From the human T2T-CHM13v2.0 reference genome, Homo sapiens: 64,000 nucleotides of DNA. This document shows, one piece after another, positions 27,859 to 42,140 of the stretch. The notes beneath the pieces are model-generated. The model saw only the letters and a program-made list of their open reading frames with translations. It searched no databases and was not told the DNA's origin. The translations under genes and the position numbers were made by a program. Numbering within the stretch: position 1 is the stretch's first letter; every line of letters starts with the position of its first letter. The stretch lies in assembly GCF_009914755.1 (NCBI RefSeq), contig NC_060942.1; one strand, 5' to 3'.

Positions 27859-27897
<39 letters not shown>

Positions 27898-28468
27898 TTT
27901 AATGGACTCACAGTTCCACATGTCTGGGGAGGCCTCACAATCGTGGCAGAAGGCAAAGGATGAGCAAAGGCACATCTTACATGGCGGCAGGCAAAAGAGT
28001 GTGTGCAGAGGAACTGCCCTTTATAAAACCATCAGATCTCGTGAGACTTATTCACTGTCACAAGAATAGCACAGGAAAAACCCACCCCCACGATTCAGTT
28101 ATCTCCCACCAGGAGGGTCCCTCCCATGACAAGTGGGGATTGTGGGAGCTTCAATTGAAGATGAGATTTGGGTGGGGACATAGCCAACCCAGATCAGTTG
28201 CTCTCTTCTGAGGCCTCTCTCCTTGGCCTGCTGATGGTCACCTTCTTGCAGTGCCCTCATGTGATTTTTCCTCTGGCTCTGTCTGTGTCCCAGCCTCCTC
28301 CTCTCATAAGGACACCATTCAAACTGAATTAGGGTCCACTGACATGACCTCATTTTACCTTAATTACCACTCTAAAGTCTTTTCTTCAGATGCAGTCATG
28401 TTCTGAAGTACTGAGGGTTAGGGCTTCAACTTACGAATTTGGTGAGTTCACAGTTCAGCCTGTAACAC
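27666..28468 (-). mobile_element. MaLR LTR (MLT1B-like) hosting a THE1 insertion
   Basis: Left part 27666-27788; right part 28197-28468 ending 'ttcagcctgtaaca'. Confidence 0.8.
27789..28196 (-). mobile_element. THE1C-like solo LTR
   Basis: 'agaggtttaatggactcacagttccac...tttataaaaccatcagatctcgtgagacttattcact...gatgagatttgggtggggaca'; 5-bp TSD gttgg/gttgc. Confidence 0.88.
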
Positions 28469-29599
28469 ATTTCTTCAGGATTTCCAGAGCGTGCACAGTT
28501 TTGAGCAGAAAAACGCACTGCTGGAGGAAAAGGAGAGAACTGGAAAATTCCAGCAAGCTGTCATAGACTTGATCTGGGGGAGGTGGGGCCCCACTGAGAA
28601 AGATGACAAGGTGAACAAAGATCAGCAAGTGATTCGGTGCACCCAGCAAACTTAGAATAGATTTACTTCAAGAAATTCATAAATGAAAAAAAAACAAAAA
28701 AACAAAAAAAAAACTTGGGTTTCAAAAAATTTCTATTAACTTGCTTTATAAAAAGATTTCATAACAGGGTTCCTTTAAATACCCAGCCGCACCAGTGTAC
28801 TTAACAAGTGATTTGATTTAATACCATGTGATTAAAGCACTACGTTTGCAGAGCCTAGCCATTAAAAGCAGGACAGACAACCTGTAATTAAAATTTTGCT
28901 GAACCCTCCTCCTCCAAAGACCAGTTCAGTTCGCAGAGGTTGATGGTGAAAGCAGCCGAGGCACTTCAACTTTGCTCCCCAGTGTCTTTGCTCTAGGTCA
29001 GTGTGCACAGGGATGAGACCAGTCTTGGGGGTGTCAGCACCAGCCCCTGGCCCCCTGCCTGGGGCTGGCATACCCCTCCTGCTGTCCTAGGACACAGCAT
29101 TGGCTTCGATCTATTCCAGCAGCAATCTTACCTTGTCCTTCTTTATCTCTGTTTCTAGGGCCAGTGACATTGGTCTCCTCAGTTAGGGGCAGGCAGACAT
29201 AGACAAATGAATAGTGACTTTTGTCCGAACTTCATGTTAGCAATTTCAACCTGCAAACATTTTACCTCCCTCACCAGAGCTGCAAACACGTGGCCACGTT
29301 GATTGGTTTACTTCCAGTCCTCCCTGTGAGTGGAAGAGCAGAGATCCAAACCCCTTGTAAAAAGAGGTAGACAATAACCACTCCCAGAGCTGTGGAGAGG
29401 CTGAATGGGCAGAATGTGTATAATCAGAAAAGCACACATGAGGCTGGTTCATTTGCAGAGAAGCAGGTCATGATTCTCAGCGGGTAAAAGCCAACAGTGA
29501 TTAGGAGGAAGAACTCTTGTCATCTGGGACCGAGGAAATGGGGCTTTAATAAAGCCAGTTGCTGTTTGGGTGTCAGAGTCTGAGTCCTGTCCTTCCATC

Positions 29600-30120
29600 A
29601 TCAGTACTTATTAAGAACCTACTGCATGCCAGGAACTGTGCTATATATTGAGGGCACTAACAGTCCCTCTGGTCAGAGAGAGCCTTCTAGCATGGAAGCC
29701 TTAGTCCCTGCCCTGGCGTGACGCACAGGCTAACGGAGGAGACAGACATCCACGCACACACTGAGGCTGCCAGAAAAAGAGAATCACAGGGCACTGGGGA
29801 GTCCCTGGGGGGTGGGGGGAGCAGTGGTGCCTGGGGAATCAGGAAAGGTTTCTTAGGGAAGTGATGATTGAGTAAGTTGAGAACAAAATCAAAAGTCGAA
29901 GGGGAGTTACTGTGGCCAAGAGGTGGGAGAGGCGTGCTTAAGGCAGACGGAACTTTATATGCAGAGGCCTGGAGGTGAGAGAGTGAGTGCAGGGGGTAGG
30001 GGTGACTCAGGTTATAGGGACCCAGACTTTGAGGAGGGTGGAGGGAGGTGAGGGACAGGGCTAGAGAGTGGAGCGGGGACCAGAGTGAGAAGGCCACATG
30101 TGTGGAGATGAGGGATCCAG
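29600..30120 (-). mobile_element. L2 relic
   Basis: 'tacttattaagaacctactgcatgccaggaactgtgcta...gggaatcaggaaaggtttc'. Confidence 0.6.
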
Positions 30121-30134
30121 ACCTTGTCCCAGGA

Positions 30135-30290
30135 TTTTCTTTTGGTGTGTTGAAAATGTTCTGGAGCTGGATAGAGGTGCTGGCTGCACAACAGTGCGAA
30201 TGTACTAAATGCCAGTGGATTGTATACTTTAAGATGCCTAAAGTAGTTAATTTCATGTTACATGAATTTCACTTTAATAATTAAAAAGAA
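30135..30290 (+). mobile_element. L1MB-type 3' end
   Basis: 'gaaaatgttctggagctggatagaggtg...gcacaacagtgcgaatgtactaaatgcc'. Confidence 0.8.
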
Positions 30291-30298
30291 AGATATGA

Positions 30299-30680
<382 letters not shown>

Positions 30681-31027
30681 AGGTAGCACTTTTAAAAATA
30701 TTTTGTTTCCCCTTTCAGTGTTTCTTCATGCATGACAAGGAATATATTCTTATTCTTTCTTATATCAAAGGTGCCATTCTGAAAATGCTATTTTGTACCT
30801 TGCTTTTTTCATCTAAGAGAATATTCCATCAGTGTCTTCCATGCCAGCACATAGTGATCCTCCTTATTTTTTTCCTGGGTATATAATATTCTATAGTATG
30901 GCTATACCATGCTTTATTCATCCACCCCCTATTTCTGGATGTTTGGGTGGTTCCCAGTCTTTTGCTTGGACACTGTATACTGTGTAGTCAAAGGCAAATC
31001 ACTCTTGGCTCCTGGCCTCAGGGAGCC

Positions 31028-31596
31028 TGGATTAGTCAGGGTCTCCAGAGAAACAGAACCATGAGAGAGAGAGAGAAAGAGATTTGGAGAAATTGGCTCA
31101 TGTGATTGTGAGAGCTGGCAAGTCTGAGATCTGTAGGGCAGGCTGGCAGCCTGGGAATTCAAGTAAAAGTTGATATTGCAATCTTAAATCCAAAATCTGC
31201 AAGGCAGCAGACTGGAAACTCAGGCAGAATTTTTATGTTGTAGTCTTAAGCCAGAATTATTTCTTCCTTCTCCTTCTCCTTCTCCTTCCCCCTCACCGTT
31301 CCTCCTCCTCCTCCTCCTCCTTCTCCTCCTTCCCCTCCCTCCTTTCTCCTTCCTCTTTCTTCCTTCCTCCTTCCTTCCTTTCTTCTTGAAACCTCAGTCT
31401 TTGCTCGTGGGGCCTTCAACTGATTGGAGGAGGCCCACCAACATTACAGATGGTACTCTGTTTTCCTCAAAATCAATTTATTATAAATGTTAATCACATC
31501 TGAAAAATACCTTCAAAGCAACATCTAGATGAGTGTTTGAGCAAGCAGCTGGGCACCATAGCCTCCCCAAGTCAATACGTAGAATTAACCATCACA
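31028..31596 (-). mobile_element. ERVL LTR (MLT2-like) with internal CT-rich tract 31260-31387
   Basis: 'attagtcagggtctccagagaaacagaacc...ccttcaactgattggaggaggcccacc...aattaaccatcaca'. Confidence 0.85.
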
Positions 31597-31857
31597 GATC
31601 CAAGAAGGATGAGGGTAAAAAGACCCTGGGAATGCAGAGGAGAGGAGCCTGGGTTGCCTGTGTGGCTATCGGAGGTAAAGATGAGTCCTCTCGTTTTATA
31701 ACTGAGGAAACTCCGGCTCAGAGAGGTAAATTAAATTGCCCAAGATTACACAGCTAGTAGGAGCTAGAAGCAGAATCTGGCCTGGGCTAGTCCAGTACAA
31801 AACTCACATCCTAACCCCATGGGAGTTAATGCTGCTTCATACGTGGGGTGTGTGTCA

Positions 31858-32234
<377 letters not shown>

Positions 32235-32869
32235 GAAGGGCAATTGGCATTTTCAGCTCAGAGAACTGGCTGTGCAAAGGCCAGTGCGGGAAGTGAGCCG
32301 TCTCGGAGGTAGCCAACATGTGGCTGAAGCAGTCTTTAAGGACAAGAGCCCTTGCGTCTGGATCAGGAAGGCTGCCCTGGACTGCACTAAGAGGCATTTG
32401 GGCTTCATTTCAGGGCCTAAAGTCACAAAACGGCAGCCTCCAGCCAGGTCTGGCTCAGCCCACAGAGCTGCTGTGGTCAGAGCAGCTTTAAAACACTACG
32501 TGCAGGGCTTGGAAGGCCAGCAGAGCACGGGACATCCCTGTGTTTCATGACCTCCCCCTCCCCATTTATTCCAGTCACCTGCCTGGCCCTGTGTCCTCCA
32601 TGTGACCCAGGCCAGGGGTCTCCAAAATGGCTTACTTTGCAGGAAAAGACAAATGTGTACACTTGGCTCATTGTCTGTTTATTTTTGTACATGTGTAATG
32701 TTGCACTGATGTACAGTGTGTACATTTTAAAAACATACCAACAAAGAAATTTAACAAGATAAGTTTCAAAAAGTAAGCATTCTAATATTTTCTTTCTATG
32801 ACCCAGTGATCACTCAGGCACCCCACTTTTGAATCCCTCTAATTAGATGATGGGGAGTTAATGAAGGCA

Positions 32870-32919
32870 GGTTTCTGTGACAAAAGCTCCAGGTGGTTTC
32901 TGTGACAAAAGCTCCAGGT
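32870..32919. repeat. Perfect 25-bp tandem duplication
   Basis: ggtttctgtgacaaaagctccaggt x2. Confidence 0.95.
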
Positions 32920-35900
32920 TGACACATGGTGGCAGGGCGGAGCTTGAGAGGGGTGTGGTTAGGTCAGGTCAGCGGACAAGGGCCATATCCAGCCACCCAC
33001 GCTGGCCATTCGCAGTGTGCCATCACTGTGCGGGGACGGGAAGGCAGCACACTGCACTGTGAATGTGCAAGTATATCTGAGGACATCCTGCTCACCATGC
33101 CTCTGGCCGCCTCTGTATCAGGTGCTGTCCTGGGCCCTCTGACACCCCTGGTGGCTGGTGTCATTACCCAGGGGGAAGGCAGTCGCATCCCCAGCAGTGC
33201 TTGGCCATACAGGTCACCTTCCACGGAGTGGAGTCTGGTGTCACCGGGCACCCTCAGGTCTGATTTGCAGTCATCTCACCAGGTCTCACCTCCTCTCAGC
33301 AAGACCTCCCCTCACCTCTTCTTTCCTGAAACTGTCTTCCAGCTCCTCCTTCCTGCCGGGGCGGCTTCCTGCTGTCACTCTGAAGAGGGAGGGTCTCTGT
33401 TCCTGCCGCTCTTCAGTTCAGACAGATGCCAGCTGCCCGGAGTTGCACCCATTTGGGGATAAATTTATTTTTCTTTCCAAGTGGCTTTGTGGTGAATGGG
33501 CTTAAATAATTCCCTGACTATCCTGTTTAAATTTGCTCCCTCTCCCCCAGTTCTTTGCCTCCTCTGTTTTATTTTTCTCCATAGCCTGCATTATCCTGTG
33601 CATAAAAACTAGTGCATGATATTGCATTAAAAAAGGAAACAAAATTAATGTCTTAAAACAACCATCCTTTTATTATTTGCTCAGAGTTCTGCACTTTGGG
33701 CAGGAGTTTTAGGGGGTAGAGAGTGGGCTGGGAAAAGGTCAGGGCATCTCTGTTCCTTGTGGTTCAGCCCAGGGCCGCTTGGGACCCTCCATTCTTCTCT
33801 GCGTGGTGTCTGTGTGTGGTTAGCTTGGGCCTCCTTTCAGCATGGTGTTGTTGGCTTTATTGAAAGGTGACTGGCTTCCCTCAGAACAGAAAAGCAAAAG
33901 CTGCTAGACCCGGAGTCACTTGCGCTATGTTTCTGAGCATCCAGCCACACACTGGGAAGTGTGGCGACTATCTCGTCCCCTAGGAGTGTGGTGTGAAATG
34001 CTGGGATACTCGATCAATGTTAGCTCTTTCATTAGACACAGCCCTGGACTGTCAGAGACCCAGCTCTTGAGGTAGGTGACTTCCTGTGTGACCTGGCCCA
34101 AGACTCACTCCCTCTCTGAATCTTTAAAATGGGGAGAATAGAAATATGGGCTAGCCACATGTCTACCTCAAGGGGCTGCTTGGAGGGCCAAATGAGATAA
34201 AGAGTAATAGTGATGACAGGTGTTGGGAACTGGGTATGACCAGGTTTTCAGAATTTTGCTCCTTGGAGCTCCCAGTTCCAGACACAGGGAGCCCCGCCTC
34301 TGCCAGGACTCCTGGGGGCAGGGTCCAGGGTGCAGGGGAAAGGTCCCAGCTTCCCCTTTTGAGGTGGCCAAGCAGGCCGCCGTCAGGTCAGCACGTAGGC
34401 CTTGAGTCCAGCCACTTTTGTTGAGTGTTTAAAATTTACCAGGGACTTTACATCTTTTACATCTTTTCTCATGTACCCTCAAAACAGTTCTGTAATGCAG
34501 GTGATGCTTTGCCCCCCGACAGCTGTTCTATGGCAACACGGCCGAGTAACAGAACCAGAACTCCATCTTCAACCCACTGGGATCCAGACCCCGTGCCTTT
34601 TTCCCACAAAGCTGGCCAGTGACAGAGACTCTTGGCAAAATACCAGAATTTTCCTTACTGTGAACACTGCCGACTTTAATTAGATTAATTTTCGATTTTC
34701 TTTTGCCTTCAGGGGTTTAAAGCTGACCCAGCTGGATTACAGCAGCGCACTGTGAGTGGAACAGAGTTGCGGTGTCAGGACCTCCAAGCCCTGCAACCCC
34801 CAGCACAGGCTTTATTTATCTATGCACCCCCATTGAGAGGCTCCCTCACCCTCTGAGGGGATGGAAGGTCCGTGGAGATGCAGCTTTGCTCTCCCGGGAG
34901 GGTCTCTGCCCTCAGGCTCAGACCGGGGCCGTCCTAAAGCCTCCCTGCCCCGGATGCCTTTTGATGAAGGCTGCTTTGTGCACACACATGTGCTGGGCTG
35001 TGGCCGCAACCCCAAGCCCTAGTTATCCACAGTAAACACAGAACAGCAACCACCCCGTGCAGCCTTCTCTCTCCAAGGTAAACTGTTGGAGTAAGGGCTT
35101 TTGCCTGGACGAAGGCCTAGTCAATGAGAGTGCTTTGCTGACTCTAACTCTTGCTTTTCACCCTGGGGAGCCAACCACAAACATTTGTGGAGACCCACAC
35201 ATGCCAGGCAGGGCCTGTGCTGCAGAAACGTGCACTGTGGAACAATCGGCCTCAGAGAGCCGCCGAAGAACAATGCAGGCTTGTGGATTGTCCCTCCCGG
35301 TCCTCGGGCAGCGGCGCCTGTGTACAGAGCACCCAGGTGTGCCCCCTTGCCCTGGCCCGAGAGGCGCCGAGGATGGGGCCTGTGTTTTGGGGGTGTATGG
35401 TCACTTGCACTGAGGCTGCCCGGGGCAGGGTTGACCTTTGGAAGATCAAATATGTGGCCTTCTGGGCTTTGCCCAGGCCAGCTGCTGACCCAAGGGAGGA
35501 ACACTCAGTGTCGCGTGATGTGTTCCCCTGTCCTCTGGCCTGGCCATTGTCATTGCAAAGCTGAAGAGATAGAAGAATTTGCGGTAGCTGGGGAAGGGAG
35601 GCGGGGTACTGGTGCCAGTGAAGTCCCTTCTTGAGATGGCCTTTTGGTTCATCTGCGGACCTTGCTGTCTGCCCATTTAGGCGCTGCCCTCACCCTGGGT
35701 CCCACTTGCCACTCTGCTCACGTTGAGAGTCCTCTTTCTATGCGGTTCTCTGCTTCAGCCAACACAAACAGCAGAAATAAGCCGGGAGAAGCCACCTCTG
35801 AATGGAGGTTCTTTTTCCAGATTCGCTGTGCCAGCCGGGGCGTAACCGTTTAATTGCTGACACTAAGTCTCTCCGTAATACCAAATGAAACAAGGTTCCA

Positions 35901-36780
35901 TGGTGCCCTGAGTACAGGATTTGAGTATGACACTAAGAAAGCAGAGAATAAAAGGACGCAGGGAGGATTCGGTCTGCTCAAATGCACTTTTAAAATTCTC
36001 CTATTTACACCGTAATTCCCTATTCTCCTCCATTAACTTGTTTTGGTGGTTTAGGGCTTGTCTTTTGTGTGGTTTTGGTTTTCTGGGCTTCGCCACTGAG
36101 GAGAGAACATTCTAGAAGGGTGAAATTGTTAATTATTCTTAAAACTTTGAGAGCTGCTTATGTGGAATATGTCCTATGAGAGCACCTTGATATTGCAAGT
36201 CGTGGCCTCCATTCCCCTGGGATGATCTGCGGGGACAGGGTCTGCCCAGAGCCCTGGTGTCAGGGTGTGATACTGACTGAGTTTCACAGGCTGGCCTGGG
36301 GGAGCCAGGACTTGAGGTTGGAGACGTGAGGAGAAAATCACAAACAGAAATTGTGGCTCTAGACAAATGCTGCCTCATCCACCTGAGGCGGGGAGTTTGG
36401 GTAGATTGGAATCTGACCTGTGTTTCCGCCCCAGGACCAGGTGGTAGCAACGGTATTTAGGTTTTTAAGGTGGGTGATGTCAAAAGCCATGTCCAGAAGA
36501 AAATAGTCTTGTTGGCCCTATTCTTTCACCCTAAGAGATTTAATCCAGAGACGGTGTGTAGGATCCTGCTGCTGAGATGCGCCGTTCCTTCCCCGGCTTC
36601 TCTCACACCTGGACTTCCCTTCTGCCATATTTTGTTTGTCTTTGGCCAGGACACTGAAGGATAGTGCCATAGCCCCTGCGTGGCCCTCATCTTCAGCTCT
36701 TTCTCTAGTACCTATTTTAGATAAAAGCTTTTTTGAGATAAAAAATTCATATAACATAACATTCACCCTTTTGAAGTGGA

Positions 36781-37193
<413 letters not shown>

Positions 37194-38279
37194 TAACTCT
37201 CATTTTTCCCCAGCTTCCTCAGCCCTAGGCAACCACTTATGTGCTTTCTCTATAGATTTGTCTATTCTGGACATTTTATAAACATGGAGTTATACAATAT
37301 GTTCTCTTTTGTAACTGGCTTCTTTCACTTAGTGTAATAGTTTCAAGGTTCATCCATGTTGTGGCATATCTCAGCTCTTCATTTTTTTTTTATCACTGAG
37401 TAATGTTCCATTAGGTGGTTACTCTACATTTTATGTATTCCTTTGTCAATGGATGGAGCTTTGGGGGTTGTTTCCATATTTTGGCTATTATGAATAATGC
37501 TGCTCTGAATGTTCAAGTACAGGTCTTTGTGTGGATGTATGTTTCTAATTCTCTTGGGTATATACCTAGGATTGGAATTGCTGGGTGGTATAGTGACTCT
37601 ATATTAACCTTTTGAAGAACGCCAGGTTGTATTTCAAAATGGCTGCACCACTTTACAATCGCTTTAGCAATGCTTGAGGGTTCCAGTTTCTCTACATCCT
37701 CACCAACACTTGTTATTATGTCTTTTTGATTATAGTCATCCTAGTGGGTGTAAAGTGGTATCTCATTGTGGTTTTGATTTGCATTTCCCTGATGACTAAT
37801 GACGTTGAACATCTTTTCATGTGCTTTTTAGTGTTAAAAGCTCAGGTTTAGATGTTTATCCAAGTGTATATCTTTGGAAAAATGTCTATCAATTGTTTGC
37901 CCAACTTTTAGTTTGGTTATTTGTCTTTTTATTGTTGAATTGTAAGAGTTCTTCGTATACTCTAAATACTAGACCCTTACCAGAATTTGCAAATATTTTC
38001 TCCCATTCCGTGCATTGTCTTTTTACTTGATGATTTGCTTTGAAGCATACATATTTTTAATTTTGGTGAAGTGCAATTTATCTCTTTTACTTACTGTTTC
38101 ATTGGTGTGCTTTTGGTGTCATATCCAAGAAATTGTTGGCTATTCCAAGGTCACAACAATTTACTTTTGTTTTCTTCTAAGAGGTTCATGGTTGTACAAC
38201 GCTCTGACATTTAGGTCTGTGGTGCAGTTTGAGTTAATTTTTGTATATGTTGTGAGCTAGAGGTTCAGCTTCATTGTTT

Positions 38280-38670
<391 letters not shown>

Positions 38671-39230
38671 ATCTTTACTGTTTTACATGTAGATACCCAG
38701 TTGTCTCAGCAATATTTGTTGAAAATGTTTTTTCCATTGAATTGCCTTTTGTTTTTCTTATATGCCTCTTTCCTACTAAAAAGTAACTTAGTTCTCTCCT
38801 TTTCTTCCCCCCAAGCCCACACACACACATCTGCTAGCCTGCCTCAAAGTACCAGGCATCCCTGCTGCTCTAGGAAGGCCTGCATTGCCAGCCCAGAACC
38901 TTGACCCTAACTCCCAGGTCCCTTTCTCAGATGGATCTTGGTGTACCCAGGTCTCTTTGTGTCTTTATTAGTCTCTCTGGATGCTAGCATTCATCTGCTT
39001 CAGGGAAAGGGAATGAAGGAGGAGCTGCATGGGATCAAAAAACCCCACATTAGTGTGTGTGTATATTTTTTCATGCCTATATTTCTGACTCCCAAATCAG
39101 GTGTAAACTTTCCTAGTCATGACCCTCTTGGAGACCCTCATCCATTCGTACAAAAAATGTTCACAAGTTAGATAATTAAATGAAGGAACTACGATGTCTC
39201 TGATGGACAAGTGATTCACTCAAGTGGTAC

Positions 39231-39290
39231 TCCATCCATCCATCCGTCCGTTCATCTGTCCATCAATCAGTCTGTCCACCCATTCATCTA
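39231..39290. repeat. Degenerate (TCCA)n microsatellite
   Basis: tccatccatccatccgtccgttcatctgtccatc. Confidence 0.75.
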
Positions 39291-41959
39291 CTGAGAAATA
39301 AAAGAGCTGGTTGCTTGGTCCCTGTCTGCCGGCTGGGTCAGAGTTCTGCTACAGGTTTGTATGTTGTTAGAGGCTCAGGTTAGCTGCCCATCCAAGTGGA
39401 AGCCAATTTACCAGAAAGCCAGAGTCTGTGGTTACTGTGGCTGTCGTCACGGGTAGAGTGCTTGGTGCGGGTCACTGGCACTGAGGCCTTTTTAGTGAGT
39501 GGGTCCCCTCAGGAGGGTCAATGACACATCTCCAATCAGCAAACAAGAGTTAGAGCAGAGGGATAGTGTAGCCTCAGGGCCCCTTCCTCCGTTCCAAGAT
39601 ATCTCTGTCTAGATACTGCGCATTAGAATTTAGTACTGAAGAATGAAGGTGGAGGCTGGGGAAACATTCTAACTCTCGGGGGCCCTGTGCCAACCACCCG
39701 CCTTCAGTGGTAACATCCTTGTCACCTTTGTTTCCATCACACCTCACCTGTGTTGCTTTCTACACATCCTGAAGTTTAACTTAACCTGGACACCTTTGGG
39801 CCCCATGACCCATTGGTGGGAGCACCACACTACTACTTAGAAAGTGGGGTTTTTGACTGTGGACCACCGTTCGGGACCCTCTCTGACTGGGACTGTCATT
39901 CCCCTGTTTACCGGACCGTCGTCTTTCTGGGTACTCTGTCCTGCCTGTCCCAGTGTGCAGGGCTCCTCCTCCCATCCTGAGGAGTTCTTTCTTGGAATTT
40001 TGGCTCCCCCGCCCTGCAGCTTGGTTTCCACTCCCACCTCAAGGATTAGAGTTCTGACCTGAACCTCAGAGGAGGACAAGTCCCCTGCCTGGCAGGATGT
40101 GGATTCACCAGGGCCGGGGGCACGGGATTGGATATCAACTATTCCACTAGCTGCAGGCATCGCGGCCCCACCCAGCTGACACTGCTTTCGCATGTATTGC
40201 TTTCCAGAGATGAGAGCATTCTGCAGTACTGCCCGGGGGCTGTCTTCTCTCCATTTAGCAATGCGATGCCACAATTTTGCTGTGCCATTACACATTTTTC
40301 CTTCAGCGTCATTCCAGCATCAGCTCTCTAATATCCCTTTTTATAGATTTTCCATTTCACAGTGAGAGAAGGTGAGACAGCAAATACTGTTTTCGCAAAT
40401 GCAGGGGCTGATGACTGAGTTTGATGTTTTTTTTTTGTTTTTGTTTTTTTTTGGGTTTTTTTTTGTTGTTGTTGTTAGATTCCTGAGACGTACCACGTCC
40501 CAGCATGAATTGTGTAACTTATCTGCCCTGTGTCGAAAATTAGACTTTGCTCCTGTATTTTCAGAAATAATTCTTGACACCCTCTTAGGTTTTCAGGCTG
40601 TGTTTTGGCTCTGCCCTCATCTTATCTCTGGGTTCCAAGAGCTTTTTTCCCATTTCTCTTTTTTTCCATGGCCCATGCCTGAGTTGGGTTGGCAGGTTCT
40701 CCTCTTCTTGCTGTGTCCCTGCAGAGTCTCTTTCTGGCACTGCCTTAACCACTGCACTTCATCTGAGGGGAGAGAGAGGAAGAGCCACTTGGCTAGGGAA
40801 GCGAGTGCTTTCTCTGCTGGTAAAGATGTCTGGGAGAAGGGTCCCCCCACCCCTGTCCAGTGTGCCCCAGGGGTCGGGCAGCCAGTGACCCCTTCCACCT
40901 CATTTCTTTCTTTTTGTTGCCTGCACAGGACTGGAGAGCTAGCATGAGTATCTGTCCTGCAAGAGCTTATTAAGCCCTGCTTATACACGTGGCACCAGGG
41001 AGGTGTTATTATCGGTCATAGCAAGGCAGGGAGGGACAGCAGACGGGAAGGAGTTAAAGTTCTCCACAAGGAAAAGTGTGATTAAGTGGCAAAGGGAATG
41101 GTTTGGAAATAAGTGCTGGGGGCTTTCAGGGGAAGGGGAGGTCATATGGGCCAAAGCGGGGCAGACCTTCTGTCTGAGGAGAGTGAGTAGACCCAGAAGG
41201 ATGATGGGTTTGGAGTTGGGTGGAGAGGGACCCTTATTGGACAGGGAGGATGTCACTGTATTCTCCCTGAGGGACCTCCTGTGCGATTTGGTGTCTGAGG
41301 GGCCGTCTGTTTCAAGAAGTGGGAGGCGTGGTGGGGTGTGGGGGCTGGGTACCCTGAGAGTGTGGTGCTGTAATCACCCTCTGGCCAGCAAGGAAGCATG
41401 GCAAGACTTGGCCGAGACAGCTGCCAGTGTCAGAGGAAGGGTCCTGGGCCGGAGAGTAGAGGCTTGGCAAGGCGGCAGGGGGCAGGAGGCATGAGAAGCT
41501 GGCTTCCATGGGGCAGGGCAGGGAGGTCATGGACCACGCATGGTGTGGACACACCCGTGGGAACAGAGAAGAAGGGGAGAGGGAGACATTTTCATAAAAG
41601 GTCCCTCAGGGCCTAAAGACAGGCTTCTGGGGATAAAGGAGGTGCCTGGGAATGGGGTTGATTCTGTCTGGCTTTCTGGGGGCCTCATGCACATGAGGGC
41701 GTCTTTGTTGCCTGCATAGGACCACGTCATGCCCTCCTGCCTCAGGGTCCCCTCTGTGTTTCACGTGGGCTCCTGAGGCACATTGCACTGCACTGACCTT
41801 CCCCCTATGTGCTGTGGTGCCTGGGCCCAGAGACGGCTGTGACCTTCCTGGCTTCCCTGCTAGCATAGGTTAGTGGTGGTGCAGAGGTGGTGGTGGGAGT
41901 GCTTGCGGTAGTAGTAGTGGTGGTGGTAACAACGGGGTTAGAGCTGCTGCTCTGCGCTA

Positions 41960-42140
41960 ATAAACGTTTTATTACCTCTAGTTCGTTTAGTCCTTAGAAC
42001 AACCCTGTGGGGTTGGCCGGTCATACAGATAAGGAAACTGAGGCATAGAGACTTCAGCAATTGCCTGAAGTGCCACATCTAGTGAGGGGCAGAGCCTGGA
42101 CTGAACCCCCAGCACATGGCTCCAGACTCCATGCTCCTGG
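41960..42140 (-). mobile_element. MIR SINE
   Basis: 'acagataaggaaactgaggcatagag...agtgaggggcagagcctggactgaacccc'. Confidence 0.75.
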
